Shown piece after piece: positions 1 to 13,339 of a DNA stretch of 64,000 bases. The notes below the pieces were generated by a model. The model was not told where the DNA came from. It saw only the letters and a program-made list of their open reading frames with translations, and ran no database searches. Source of the stretch: Eledone cirrhosa (Eukaryota); the NCBI GenBank assembly GCA_964016885.1, contig OZ024740.1:427118001-427182000 (forward strand), read 5' to 3'. Positions within the stretch are counted from its first letter, which is position 1; each line of letters opens with the position of its first letter. Position numbers and translations under genes: made by a program.

Positions 1-615
1 TGAGAGAAGCCACCCTGCTCGTCACCTCGTCCAAGTTTTTGTCCGTCTGGAGGTCCGGACCGAACCAGACCCCTAGCAATTTAACTGGTCCATCCGTCCA
101 GCGCCCGACGAGAGGGGACATCTTTGGCGGACCGAGCGCATGATGTTGAACGGCTGCGAAGGTGACCGTTCACTCTTATCACAGAGCAGATGTCGCTGTG
201 CATGGTAGCGATCCAGCCGCTGAAGGCAGGCCCAAAGCCAGCCGCCCTCAGGTCTGCCGCCAGATAACGATATTCGACCCTATCCAAAGCTTTCGACTGA
301 TCTAAATTAATCAAGGACCCACCCGTGCCAGGTTCCCTAGCTACCCTCACCACGATGTATCGCATGAGGTGGAGTTTGTCGTGGATGGATCTGTCTGGAA
401 TGGCGCATGTCTGCGCCTCTCCCACCAGACCACCAACGACAAGCGCCAACCTCTTTGCTAGCACCTTGGCCAAAATCTTGAACTCTGTGTTAAGCAGAGT
501 TATGGGCCTGAAATTATCTATGTTATCCCCCTTGTTCGGATCCTTTCTCAACAGTGCCACCGCTCCTCGGCTCACAGAGCTAGGAATTCTCCCGTTTTGT
601 TGCCAGTTGCAGGAT
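1..615 (-). mobile_element. L1/Tx1-clade LINE fragment, reverse transcriptase region (degenerate)
   Basis: ORF 81..626(-) reads NFRPITLLNTEFKILAKVLAKRL...INLDQSKALDRV, typical L1/Tx1 RT domains. Homologous to 59690-60500(+). Confidence 0.9.
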
Positions 616-619
616 GAAA

Positions 620-1158
620 GACACAACTAACGTCAACGAAAGGATTCAAACACAAAGGGCTGTAACTACATGACGCAAATCATGTTGTCCGATAATCTAC
701 CGATGCTGACATCAATAATGGGTTATGATTTAGGTACAAAGGCAACAATTTTTGGGGAGAGGAAAGTTAATTAAATCAACCTCAGTGCTTTACTGGTACT
801 TTATTTTACCCACTCCGTAAGGATGAAAGGTAAAGTTAACCTTGGTGGGATCTGAACTCAGGAGGTAAAGGGTCGTAACTATATAACGCAAACTATGTTG
901 TCAGACGTTCAACGATATAGACAATCAAATAATAATTTCTTTTGACCCCGTAATGAAGAAAGGCAAACGTAACCTACCTCGGTGGGATTTAAACTCAGAG
1001 GTTTAACTATATAACTATATGGAGCAAAGTCTGTTGCCCTACCGTTACTGACAATCCAATAATAATTGTTTGTACTGTTGGCACAAGGCCAGCAATTATC
1101 CCAGTGCAGTACTGGTACTTTATTTTATGGACCCCGTAAGGATGAAAGGCAAAGTCAC
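620..1158 (-). mobile_element. Cluster of 2-3 degenerate tRNA-derived SINE copies
   Basis: Reverse complement of the SINE body seen at 42463-42645 and elsewhere (tactggtactttattttat..gaccccgtaaggatgaaaggcaaagttaacc..gggatttgaactcag). Confidence 0.75.
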
Positions 1159-1854
1159 AAGTACACAATATGTTGAGAACAATTCACGTATTCCGGAGGT
1201 CAAATAGAAATAGCGTAGGCTGTCCACAACTTCAAGTAGTCGGAGACACAGTCCCCAATTCCGATTGATGTGATCTGTACAGTTGGTCTAGATAGACTTC
1301 AAAGGTAGTGACCCGGTAAAATGGAAGCTGTTCGCCTCTTTCACGAAGCGCAAATCTTCCAGAGATCAGGATTAACGTAATTGAACGAAGGCCATGCTAG
1401 CGAACCTCCACTCTGCTACTTTCTGTAGCGATCTTTTCACAGGTAGCGAATGAAGAATGTTAGAGTTTGACACCGTTATCTTCATTCCTATTTTTTTCAC
1501 AATGTAAACTCACTTGGGTTTTTACGGAGCAGAATGTTGAGATGCATATTGAAACAATCTAACTCCTCCCTATGTAGATATTTCTGGTTTTGAGGTGGTG
1601 TCATAAAGAGTTAGAGGCTCTTGAACCAAAATATATTGCAGTGTCTGACCGTTACTCTAACGGTGAAGGGTGGGATATTTGGCACTAGACAGTGACGTCC
1701 TTTTCGAGGTTAGTCCAGCTTATAATGCCACTGTTTGGTCGTAGTCTTCCAGGACCATTCATCTGAATACCACAGCAAAACACTTCCATCTTCGCTCTAG
1801 GAATTAGTCATGTGTATCATTGAAGCAATATCTTCTTAGTGCATGCGCGCCGAA

Positions 1855-1944
1855 ACATCCAGGATCAGTAGTAAACAGCTGACGAAGGGAAAATTTTCTT
1901 TTGTTGCCAACGTCCCGATTACCTTCTAACACTTCGTTTCCAAC

Positions 1945-1987
<43 letters not shown>

Positions 1988-3781
1988 GTAGGTCCCGGGT
2001 TGAGTCGGGGATAACCACAGTAAGTAAGGTACTCAATACATGGCAGAGTAAATTTTTTTTATTTTATAGAAGCTCCTTCTATAATATATATATATATATA
2101 AGAGGGTGTTAAAGTTTGCTTGAAGCATTGTGAAATGTGTAAAATACGTAGTTAAGAAAGCCACAACAATGCAGAGGGAAATCTCGAGGTAGGAAGTGAA
2201 TGATAGATAGGAGAAACAGGAGAAAGTGAAAATTGAGAGAGACAAAGATGAAAACAAAACAAAGGCAGAAGGGTTACCGTAGTGGAGATTTAATCCCAAT
2301 ATTTCGGGCTCACGCCCATCAACGGGGGAAAGTTCCAAAAGGGGAGGGGAACAGGCCAAGCGGAGAAAGTTGTGATGTCGTTAAGACAGGAATGCCGTTA
2401 TGGGGAGAAAATTATTTAAAATTTAAACGAGGGAAAGAATGCGCGTGCGCGTGATAGGCTGTGGCAAAAGCTACTGACCAAATGGGTTAAATCAAGAGGG
2501 TGCGCTAGCGTGTGAAAGCCGTAAAATATGTGTGTGTAAATATATATGTGTGTGTAACTGTGTGTGTATAAGTGTAAGTGTGTATATGTGTGAGTGTGTG
2601 TGTGTGTGAAAGATAGTGGGCTGTAGAAGCTGGAAATCAAAGGGTGTGAAAGGTGGTAGGTTGTAAAACATGTGTGCGTGTATAAATATAGATGTGTGTA
2701 TGTAAGCGTATGGGTATACATGTGTGTGTAACTGTGTGTGTATATGTGTGAGTGCGTGTGTGTGTGAAAGATAGTGGGCTGTAGAAGCTGGAAATCAAAG
2801 GGTGTGAAAGGTGGTAGGTTGTAAAAACATGTGTGCGTGTATAAATATAGATGTGTGTGTGTATGCGTATGGGTATGCATATACGTGTGTGTGTGTGAAG
2901 ATAGCAGGCCGTAGGCTGTGAATGGTCACTATGGTTAAGTTAGCCATGTCAGCTCATTTCTCTCAGCCCGGTTGTTAAGTGGGGGTCTGAGGTTCTTAAT
3001 AACAAGTGCTTCCGTTATCCTTAAGGATCCGATGCTGCGTTCAGTCGCTAGGACTGTGACCAAGGGTCTACCCTGTGGGTTTCCGCATTTAAGGATGTGT
3101 TTACGGAAGGAAGATGCGTTGGTGTTGATATGTTCCTTGATACGAACATGTAGGGGTCGGATGGTGCTACCTATGTAAAACTTGTTACATTTATCGCATT
3201 GAATCTTATATACGACATAGGTGCGTAGGCAATCTGCCCCCCGTATCGGGCATTGCTGAGGGAACACGTCCCATCTGACTCGTCGGGTTTGTTGGAGAGG
3301 CATCTTCGCAGCGAAGGTCCTGTGTGGGCCAAATGTATGTCAACTCCCTCCGTCCGTATGGCCCTGCGGATGGCGTTCGTGGTATATTCACTCAGGTGGG
3401 GGATTTTAAAGAAGCACCTGCTTTTATTTAAGTTTCTAGTGGGTGTTTGTCTATTGGGTCTGGGGTCTCTAATTCCGTTAATCAGTCGCTTGGGATAACC
3501 ATTAGATCTGAGTAGATTACGGAATTGCGTGGTATGGGTGAGACCACATTACCTTCTTAAAACGCTGCCTAAAGAACAACATCATTCCAACCACCATCAG
3601 GAATATACATCTACCCGAATGTTTACGATCACCATCCTTCGAAAACACCATCCACCCTTCTACCTTTGTTTTGTTTTCATCTTTGTCTCTCTCAATTTTC
3701 ACTTTCTCCTGTTTCTCCTATCTATCATTCACTTCCTACCTCGAGATTTCCCTCTGCATTGTTGTGGCTTTCTTAACTACG

Positions 3782-3843
<62 letters not shown>

Positions 3844-3958
3844 GTAAAGAGGAGAGACTAGTGTGGTTACTGGAAACGAAGTGTTAGAAGGTAATCGGGA
3901 CGTAGGCAAAAAAAGAAAATTTTCCCTTCGTCAGCTGTTTACTACTAATCCTGGATGT
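1855..3958. repeat. Nested inverted repeats: 1855-1943/3870-3958 enclosing 2140-2275/3654-3788
   Basis: Both pairs are direct reverse-complement matches. The outer pair carries CTGACGA-agg-GAAA (minimal HHR-like motif at ~1879). Confidence 0.85.
2102..3790 (-). mobile_element. Penelope-like element, 5'-truncated and rearranged: GIY-YIG endonuclease plus 3' UTR with partial inverted copy
   Basis: ORF 2935..3303(-): VVYKIQCDKCNKFYIGSTIRPLHVRIKEH...LRITEALVIKNLRPPLN, a PLE GIY-YIG. 3543-3650(+) reads DHITFLKRCLKNNIIPTT, resembling a PLE N-terminus. A ~170-bp tandem duplication lies at 2525-2900. Confidence 0.88.
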
Positions 3959-4134
3959 TAAATAAAAGATTATGAGTTCATGCAATTGCATTTACCAACA
4001 CTTACTTTCTTGCTTATATATATATATATATATATATATATGCAAAAGTTCTATTTAAAATTGTTCGGATACAACAAGTAAATATTTTTATAACTGATAT
4101 AAAGCACTCGACAAGTAAAACTGTTATATATTGT

Positions 4135-4198
4135 ATTTTGTCTGATGAAGGCATACCATAATTTAATTTGGTATCCCTGAAATATATATAATGAAATG
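4135..4198 (+). ncRNA. Type I hammerhead ribozyme motif (PLE pLTR; same family at 40695-40750 and 48895-48953)
   Basis: ttttgt-CTGATGA-aggcatacca...tggtatccct-GAAA-tatatata-atgaaa: core boxes, stem II and palindromic stem III. Confidence 0.7.
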
Positions 4199-4237
4199 AA
4201 TATGGTTTTATAAATATAGTTTCCATTTATTAATATC

Positions 4238-4340
<103 letters not shown>

Positions 4341-4350
4341 TATATATGTA

Positions 4351-4417
<67 letters not shown>

Positions 4418-4422
<5 letters not shown>

Positions 4423-5245
4423 CAAGAAGGTAAGAGTTGGTAAATCCAGTACTTCAGTATGCGGATAGGGACCACTCAACGAAGATATACGTTCCGGAGT
4501 TATAATAGTGACGAAACATAAGTCAACTGCATGAACTCTTAATCTTTTATTTACTGCTATATATATTTCGATGATAGCTATTGAATGGCTATGACCTCAT
4601 CAGGCAGTGAGTCAGTTCTTAGATATGCCAGCTCTGTGTTTATAGTGTTGATGGTATCAGAGCCTTGGGACATATGAGCTTGTTAGGAATAATTTAATGT
4701 TGTCAGCAGGAATAGTCTTAATTCTCATTGGTCAGTTTGTAGATGCTAGTAGGGTTGGTATTTGACCTCAAAGAGGCAGGTGGTGTTGTAAAGTTCAAAC
4801 CGTCAAGCAAGATGACAATAGTTCCATATGACTGATTTTCACAAAAAGCATTTCTGGTCAGATATATATTCAATTAAGGTTAATAGTATGAAATAGATAC
4901 TACAGGTCATTCTTAAATTGAGGAATCTATGTGGGGTGGTGCTACTGAAAATTATGGTTAGAGTAGAACATTTACAAATAAAAAGACTTATGTAGGTTGG
5001 CTTGCACGTACACTCACACCCACCTCCACAGACTCACACACACATCCACACATACAAATTGAGGAATTAATGTGGGGTGGTAATACTTAAAATAATGGTT
5101 AGAGTCAAATACTTAGATAGTTTAGAAAATTTAGAAATAAAAGGCTTATTTTGGTTGACTTGTACATTCACTCACACCTACCATCTCAGACACATACACA
5201 TCTACACACACAAATCCATACAGGTGTGTATATATATGTACGCAG
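4418..5245 (-). mobile_element. PLE pseudo-LTR (left arm A plus ~90-bp tail), inverted copy at 9300-10042
   Basis: 4505-5245 is a near-perfect reverse complement of 9300-10042. 4418-4504 is an unpaired tail abutting (TA)n. Contains an HHR. Confidence 0.85.
4553..4608 (-). ncRNA. Type I hammerhead ribozyme
   Basis: Reverse complement: actgc-CTGATGA-ggtcatagccattcaatagctatcatc-GAAA-tatatata-gcagt. Stem I actgc/gcagt. Confidence 0.85.
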
Positions 5246-5484
5246 AAGTATATATATATATATATAAAATACATATATATATATAAAATATATATACACA
5301 TAAAATATATATACATATAAAATACATATATATATATAAAATATATATATTTATAAAATATATACACATATAAAATATACATACATATAAAAAAATATAT
5401 ATATATATATATAATATATACAGACATATATATATATATATATATAAAATACACATATATACACATATAAAATATATATAAATA

Positions 5485-5540
<56 letters not shown>

Positions 5541-5544
<4 letters not shown>

Positions 5545-7736
5545 AGGTTCAATAAAACGGGGTTTAGATGACTCCTAACCAGTAGAGGATCCGGTGGACC
5601 ATCCACCATAGGGACCACAAACTATGGGTGGTTGTTGTTGTTCATTGGTCATTGGTCCGGGGTGTAGGGGACGTACAGGGTCGGGGCGTTGTGGGAGGCC
5701 TTAACCGGGGTTTATCCATATAGCTTGAGGAAAGTTCCCGTCCTTAAGCGTACGCAGGCACCGAATAAGTCGGCCCTTCTGTTTAATAGCTTTGTTCCGC
5801 CATGAAGTATCTCGAGTGTCTCACTAAGAGAGAGGTTGCAAATACCAGACCCGACTCTGTCTGGGGGAACCTTTCTAACCACGGACCAGACCAGAGAGTG
5901 CGGGGTCTTTTTAAGTTTGAGCCTCCAGATCAATTCAGAAAGGGCCGTACATTTCCTCTCATCTATTCTGTTAAAGGAATGGCGATGGTTATACCACCGA
6001 TCTTTGAAGCTCGTCGCTGTGGATCCTATGTAGTGGTGCTCCGCGTTAGGGATTGTGACCTTGTACATGTAGACTACGTTTTTCGTCATTTATCCAGTAC
6101 TCTAAAGAATGTTCTAGCCAGGGTGGTACATAGATCCACCGATTACGAAGGTTTATACTATGTGACCTTCCTGGTCCTTATCTTGCGGGGTTGTTGGGTG
6201 TCCGCCGTGGTCCATCGCGTGGTTGTGCAGGGCTCAGGTCGAGCTCGGTTGGTGTCACTCAGGTGTGCGGAGCGGTCACTATCATGAGGGTTATATGGGC
6301 CCACCGTGGGGCTATAAACCTGCGAGGTGCGTCCTCCCTGCTCAATTAGATCTAACTATAGATCTAGGGTGATTGGACCCAGCGTTGGTATACACCAGCT
6401 TCTCATTGGTTTTATGATATGGGTGGTGTAGCTTGGTGTTGAGGTTGAGGGTGGTGTCCAGGAAATTCACTACTTTTCTATTGGGTTCCATCTCTACTTT
6501 AAGTCGTACCTTGCTAAAGAAGTGCCTAATTCTCCTCTTCATATTTTCGACCATTGTGGTGCTGTGGTCCACTACGATGAAGAGTGCGTCGTCTCGGTAC
6601 AGCCCGCCACACAGGTTGGGTATTTCTCTACTGATCTCGTAGAGTATGTATATCCCAACCAATTCCGTTAGCTGCGCGGAGTCACTGGAGCCCATTGTAA
6701 TGTCAAAATTATTTGGCCAGTCGCTCCGGGTCCATATGTCCCCACCGCATCGGATCAGTGTTTTTCTGGCGGCGTATATGATTCCGACATCGTCGCGTGT
6801 TAGGTCCGTCCTATTCATCGCGAATATGGGTGCCTTGTTCAGGACTATGTGCGAGATAGAGGAGTAGTAATTGTTGATGTCTAGTTGTATGAAGCTAGTC
6901 CTATGTTTGTCAGGTAAAAATGTAAACCAGTCCAGCACCTGGCTGGTGCAGGACCAGAGTTGTAACCTTATTTTACTCTTAAGCGTGGTCAGGATCCTAT
7001 CTAAAATGCTTTTGCTAATAACCCCCATGTCTGATCGGGAGGGGGCTATCAGTCTGAGCGGCAGGTTAGACTCGAAGTTTGGGTTGTGGTCCTTAATTGT
7101 AATCCCGGCACCCTTGGTTGGTATGTGGCCGTCCTATCATCTATGTAATTGCAGAGACCCATCACTATGCCCCCTTAGTAATGAATGCATGACGAAAAAT
7201 GTAGTCTACAGGTGCAAAATCACAATCCCTAACTCGGAGCACCACTACATAGGATCCACAGCGACGAGCTTCAAAGATCGGTGGTATAACCATCGCCATT
7301 CCTTTAACAGAATAGATTAGAGGAAATGTACCGCCCTTACTGAATTGATCTGGAAGCTCAAACTTGAAAAGACCCCGCACTCTCTGGTCTGGTCCGTGGT
7401 TAGAAAGGTTCCCCCAGACAGAGGCGGGTCTGGTATTTGCAACCTCTGTCTTAGTGAGACACTCGAGATACTTCATGGCGGAACCAAGCTATTAAACAAA
7501 AGGGCCGACTTATTCGGTGCCTGCAGACACCTAAGGACGGGAACTTCCTCAATCTATATGGATAAACCCCAGTTAAGGCCTCCCACAACGCCCCCTCTGT
7601 AGGTCCCCTACGCCCCGTACCAATGACCAATGGACAACAACAACCACCCATATATTATGGTCCCTATGGTTGATGGTCCACCGGATCCTCTACTGGTTAG
7701 GACTCATCAAAACCACGTTTTATTGAACCTGATTTT
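5541..7736 (-). mobile_element. Penelope-like element: RT (6342-7110 -), GIY-YIG (5712-6089 -) and inverted duplicate of the GIY-YIG/3' end (7140-7736 +)
   Basis: RT motifs FIQLDINNYYSSI, ITMGSSDSAQLTELVG, GLYRDD, VNFLDTTL. EN motifs CNCR..CPL..C..KNVVY...YIGST..FKDRWYNH and CNLCLSE..LLNKR. 5541-6090 is the reverse complement of ~7190-7736. Confidence 0.92.
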
Positions 7737-7756
7737 ATATATATATATATATATAT

Positions 7757-8343
7757 GGTGGCTGCCAACTCGTTTTCGAGTACGGCCACTACTTTATATC
7801 CATGTAGGAGAACCCCTACCGATGCGCTGAACGTGTGTGACTTTTTAGTCCAGCCAGCGACTTGAAAACTCTGGTACAAACACTTCACTTGTGACAATTA
7901 TTGACACATAGTGCTGGGCCCATGGTACCATGTGACGACAAGTGCAGAGAGATCTCCAGATATAAAGCAATGCCTGTGCCGTGAAGCTTTTATAGTGAGC
8001 AAAGGCACTGCACAAAGCCAGTCCCACTCCTTTAACCAAGATGATATTTACCAAAAAGAAGAACAAGTCAACATCATTGGATACCATCAGGGTTGCAGGT
8101 GTTATATCAGAGTTTTCCTTCTCCTAGAATTCTGCCTTGACAAAGGCTAAGGGGTCATCTCTCCCGGTGATTTTGGATGGCCATTGACTCTTAAGAGCTC
8201 CTTTGCCCTTTGACAGGTTTTGTTTTTAGTCCTGCAGGATGTCCAAAGTCACCCTCCTCACCAAGAAACCTTGGTGGGGTTGCCAGTTTAGTCGCCAACG
8301 ACCCGACCATGGGACAGGTTGTACTGGGATACATGTTACCAGT
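7757..8343 (-). mobile_element. RTE-derived non-autonomous bipartite element (~590 bp)
   Basis: Copies at 19156-19745, 21118-21357 (partial), 25108-25690 and 17970-18150 (diverged). The minus strand has an RTE-type 5' UTR motif (ctaggagaaggaaaactctg) and a 3' C2H2 remnant ([14 protein letters not shown]). Confidence 0.75.
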
Positions 8344-8729
8344 TTGCTCTGAGCAAACAGCACAGACACTCTATCAGAGCAAACAGCACGGACACTCTAT
8401 CTCAAAATTATTTTTGAAAAGCATTTAGAAATGCGCAACCGGTAAAAACTTAAAAACTTAAAACCACAACTGAATACTAACCCATACAATCACTAATACT
8501 CTTTTATTCCTAATTAAACCTTTTTTCAACTGTGAACAATTTGTCAGCATTTTCTATTCCGTTTACCAATATATAATAACTTGTGTGTTACACCTCTATT
8601 CTTTTAACTATATATATATATATATACATATATATATTATGTGCATATTTGTGTAATTTTTATATATATATATATATTTTATATATATATATATGTATTT
8701 TATATATATATATATATTTTATGTGTATA

Positions 8730-8793
<64 letters not shown>

Positions 8794-8798
<5 letters not shown>

Positions 8799-9212
8799 CA
8801 AGAGGAATTCCAACTTTGTCTGATTTACTCGTTTTATTTACAATCCTTTCAAATTTATAATGGTATTATAATGAAATAGTATGATAGAATATTAAATGTT
8901 AAGTGTTAATTGAACAAGTACGTTCATGCTTTCGCAATCTTCAGGTTCATAATGTGTGGTGACAGTCAAGTTTGCAATTTTCAACAGTTAAAAATTGCAA
9001 ACTTGACTGTCACCACACATTATGAACCTGAAGATTGCGAAAGCATGAAAGTACTTGTTCAATTAACACTTAACATTTAATATTCTATCATACTATTTCA
9101 TTATAATACCATTATAAATTTGAAAGGATTGTAAATAAAACGAGTAAATCAGACAAAGTTGGAATTCCTCTTATTAATATAATCTTCTATACACAATCAT
9201 ACACACCCGTGT

Positions 9213-9218
<6 letters not shown>
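8794..9218. repeat. ~187-bp-arm near-perfect hairpin with short tail; minimal HHR-like motif in each arm
   Basis: 8794-8981 is the reverse complement of 8991-9178. tgaac-CTGAAGA-ttgc-GAAA-gcatgaaagtactt-gttca at 9023-9061, mirrored at 8911-8949. Confidence 0.9.
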
Positions 9219-9249
<31 letters not shown>

Positions 9250-9299
9250 CCCCTCTCCCCCCTCTCTCTCTCTCTCAATATTTATATATATATATATAC

Positions 9300-10036
9300 T
9301 TGTGCGTACATATATATATACACACCTGTATGGATTTGTGTGTGTAGATGTGTGTGTGTCTGAGGGGGTATGTGTGAGTGTATGTACAAGTCAACCAACA
9401 TAAGCCTTTATTTCTAAATTTTCTAAACTATCTAAGTATTTGACTCTAACCATTATTTTAAGTAATACCACCCCACATTAATTCCTCAATTTGTATGTGT
9501 GGATGTGTGTGTGAGTCTGTGGAGGTGGGTGTGAGTGTACGTGCAAGCCAACCTACATAAGTCTTTTTATTTGTAAATGTTCTACTCTAACCATAATTTT
9601 CAGTAGCACCACCCCACATAAATTCCTCAATTTAAGAATGACCTGTAGTATCTATTTCATACTATTAACCTTAATTGAATATATATCTGACCAGGAATGT
9701 TGTTTGTGAAAATCAGTCATATGGAACTATTGTCATCTTGCCTGACGGTTTGAACTTTACAACACCACCTGCCTCTTTGAGGTCAAATACCAACCCTACT
9801 AGCATCTACAAACTGACCAATGAGAATTAAGACTATTCCTGCTGACAACATTAAATTATTCCTAACAAGCTCATATGTCCCAAGGCTCTGATACCATCAA
9901 CACTATAAACACAGAGCTGGCATATCTAAGAACTGACTAACTGCCTGATGAGGTCATAGCCATTCAATGGCTATCATCGAAATATATATAGCAGTAAATA
10001 AAAGATTAAGAGTTCATGCAGTTGACTTATGTTTCG

Positions 10037-10042
<6 letters not shown>
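9300..10042 (+). mobile_element. PLE pseudo-LTR right arm A'
   Basis: Reverse complement of 4505-5245; ends directly in (TA)n. Confidence 0.85.
9940..9995 (+). ncRNA. Type I hammerhead ribozyme
   Basis: actgc-CTGATGA-ggtcatagccattcaatggctatcatc-GAAA-tatatata-gcagt. Intact core; stem II atagccat/atggctat. Confidence 0.88.
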
Positions 10043-10096
<54 letters not shown>

Positions 10097-10520
10097 ATAA
10101 AAAACGAAGAATTAGTGTTGCAACGAATAAAATTTATGAGACATAACAATCGTTTCTCTGGCGACCAGCTCAAGGCACGATCGATGTGATGATCGAACCT
10201 GGCTCTGAAATCGCAAGGTCGATATGTCTTGATATATATATATGTATACACACACACATATATAAGTATTATACACACACACACATATATATATATATAA
10301 TAGATTTATATACAGTATGTATATATGTATATACATGTATGTATATATATATGTTTGTATGTATATGTATATATAAATATATATGTGTATATACGTATGT
10401 ATTAAATGGCTGAGTAGAAATTAAATATGTATACACAGACACAGACACAGACACAGACACATACACACACACACATATATATATATACATATATATATAT
10501 ATACATTGGTAGGGAGAGAG

Positions 10521-10616
<96 letters not shown>

Positions 10617-10794
10617 AATTAGAGGGGAAATTCAAAAGATTAATAATGAAGCAAGCTGGCAGGCTGTGTTAATTGGACTTTGACAACTTTAAGTGTTCAT
10701 GATCCAACTTCCTAACGTAGATGCCTCTAGCCATTAGACACACACGTAGATAGAGAAACATTGGATAGACAGGATGGGACAGGGAGACTGATGG

Positions 10795-11273
10795 CTGTGA
10801 GAGAGAGGGGGAAGAGGGGGTTTAGAGAGGGGCAGAAGGGAGATAGGTGGTGAGAGGGAGGGGAGGGGCAAGATAGTGGCAGAAGGGAAATAGATGGGGA
10901 GAGGAGGGGGGGTAGAGAGGAGCAGAAGGGAGATAGATGGGGAGAGGAGGAGGGGGGGGGGGGGTTAGAGAGGAGCAGAAGGGAGATAGATGGGGAGAGG
11001 TGGGGAGGGGTTTAGATAGGGGATAAGGGAGATAGAAGGGGAGAGGGGATGTAGATGTTGAGAGAGGGGAGAGGGAGGTGAGAGAGAAGCGTGAGAGGGG
11101 GAGAGAAGGGAGAGAGAGAGAGGAGAGAGAGAGAGAGAGGAGGAGAGATAGTGGGTGAGTGAGGGGGGATAGAGTGAGGCAGAGAGTGCGATAGAGATTG
11201 ATGGAGAGGAAGTTTGATTCATGGCGATAGACAAGATGAGCAGAAAGAGAGAAACTGAGGCAATAAGATAGAG

Positions 11274-11310
<37 letters not shown>

Positions 11311-11446
11311 TATGTAGACAATGAAGTACAGAGAGAGGGTGGGGTGGGGTGGAGGGATAGGGTGGCAGAGAGAGGGTGAGACAGAGTGGCACATAGAGAG
11401 AGAGTGTGTGTGAATAGGAGAGAGAGAGAGAGAGAGAGGTGGAGTG

Positions 11447-11482
<36 letters not shown>

Positions 11483-11505
11483 GGAGTGGATAGGAGAGAG
11501 AGGGA

Positions 11506-11568
<63 letters not shown>

Positions 11569-11585
11569 GTCGATAGGAGAGAGAA
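10795..11585. repeat. Purine-rich (GA)n / G-rich degenerate tandem repeats
   Basis: Repeated ggggtttagagagg.gcagaagggagatag units followed by long (GA)n runs. Confidence 0.85.
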
Positions 11586-11687
11586 ATTCAAGAATAGACT
11601 TTATGACGCAATAAAAGTTATTGTCAGGCTTCAATTTATTCATATTAAATTATTTGTTAAAATATAAACAGAAAAGGTGAGTGCGAA

Positions 11688-13230
11688 CACATACATATTC
11701 GTACATACACACACACATACATAGTCGTACATACACACACACATACATATTCGTACATACACACACACATACATAGTCGTACATACACACACACACATAC
11801 ATAGTCGCACATACACACACACACACATACATAGTCGTACATACACACACACACACATACATATTCGTACATACACACACACACACATATATATTGGTAC
11901 ATACACACACACACATACATATTGGTACATACACACACACACACCCATACATATTCGTACATACACACACACACACACATACATATTCGTACATACACAC
12001 ACACATACATAGTCGTACATAAACACACACATACATATTCGTACATACACACACACACACACATATTCGTACATACACACTCACATACATAGTCGTACAT
12101 ACACACAGACATACATAGTCGTACATACACACACACATACATAGTCGTACATACACACACACATACATAGTCGTACATACACATACACACATACATAGTC
12201 GTACATACACACACACACACATACATAGTCGTACATACACACACACACACATACATAGTCGTACATACACATACACACACACATACATAGTCGTACATAC
12301 ACACACACACATACATAGTCGTACATACATACACACACACATGCATATTCGTACATACACACACACACACATACATAGTCGTACATACACACACACACAC
12401 ATTCATAGTCGTACATACACACACACACACATACATAGTCGTGCATACACACACACACACATACATAGTCGTACATACACATACACACACGCATACATAG
12501 TCGTACATACACACACACACATACATATTCGTACATTCACACACACACATATACATAGTCGTACATACACACACACACACATACATAGTCGTACATACAC
12601 ACACACACACATACATAGTCGTACATACACATACACACACACATACATAGTCGTACATACACACACACATACATATTCGTACGTACACACACACACACAT
12701 ACATATTCGTACATACACACACACACATACATAGTCGTACATACACACACACACACATACATAGTCGTACATACACACACACACATACATATTCGTACAT
12801 ACACACACACACACATACATAGTCGTACATACACACACACACACATACATAGTCGTACATACACATACACACACACATACATAGTCGTACATACACACAC
12901 ACATACATATTCGTACGTACACACACACATACATATTCGTACATACACACACACATACGTAGTCGTACACACACATACATACATAGTCGTACATACACAC
13001 ACACATACATACATAGTCGTACATACACATACACACACACATATACATAGTCGTTCATACAAACACATACACAGTCGTACATACACGCATACATGCACAG
13101 TTGTTCATACTCACACTTACACAGTCGTTCATACACACATACATACACAGTCGTACATACACACACACACATACACAGTCCTTCGTACCCCCCCACACAC
13201 ACACACATACACATACAGTCGTTCATACAC
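11688..13230. repeat. Minisatellite, ~26-32-bp unit ACATACATA(G/T)TCGTACATAC(AC)n
   Basis: Dozens of tandem units; explains the stop-free VCVC/HTHT ORFs. Confidence 0.95.
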
Positions 13231-13271
13231 ACACAAACATAGACACATATATACATATGTGTGTGTGTATG

Positions 13272-13339
<68 letters not shown>

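Noticed and set aside
5712-7560. Selenoprotein-coding or N-terminal-endonuclease (Naiad-type) PLE
   Set aside because: GIY-YIG lies downstream of RT, and no conserved in-frame TGA or SECIS is evident.
11688-13230. CRISPR-like regular repeat array
   Set aside because: The 'spacers' are just (AC)n of variable length, there are no cas genes, and the context is eukaryotic.
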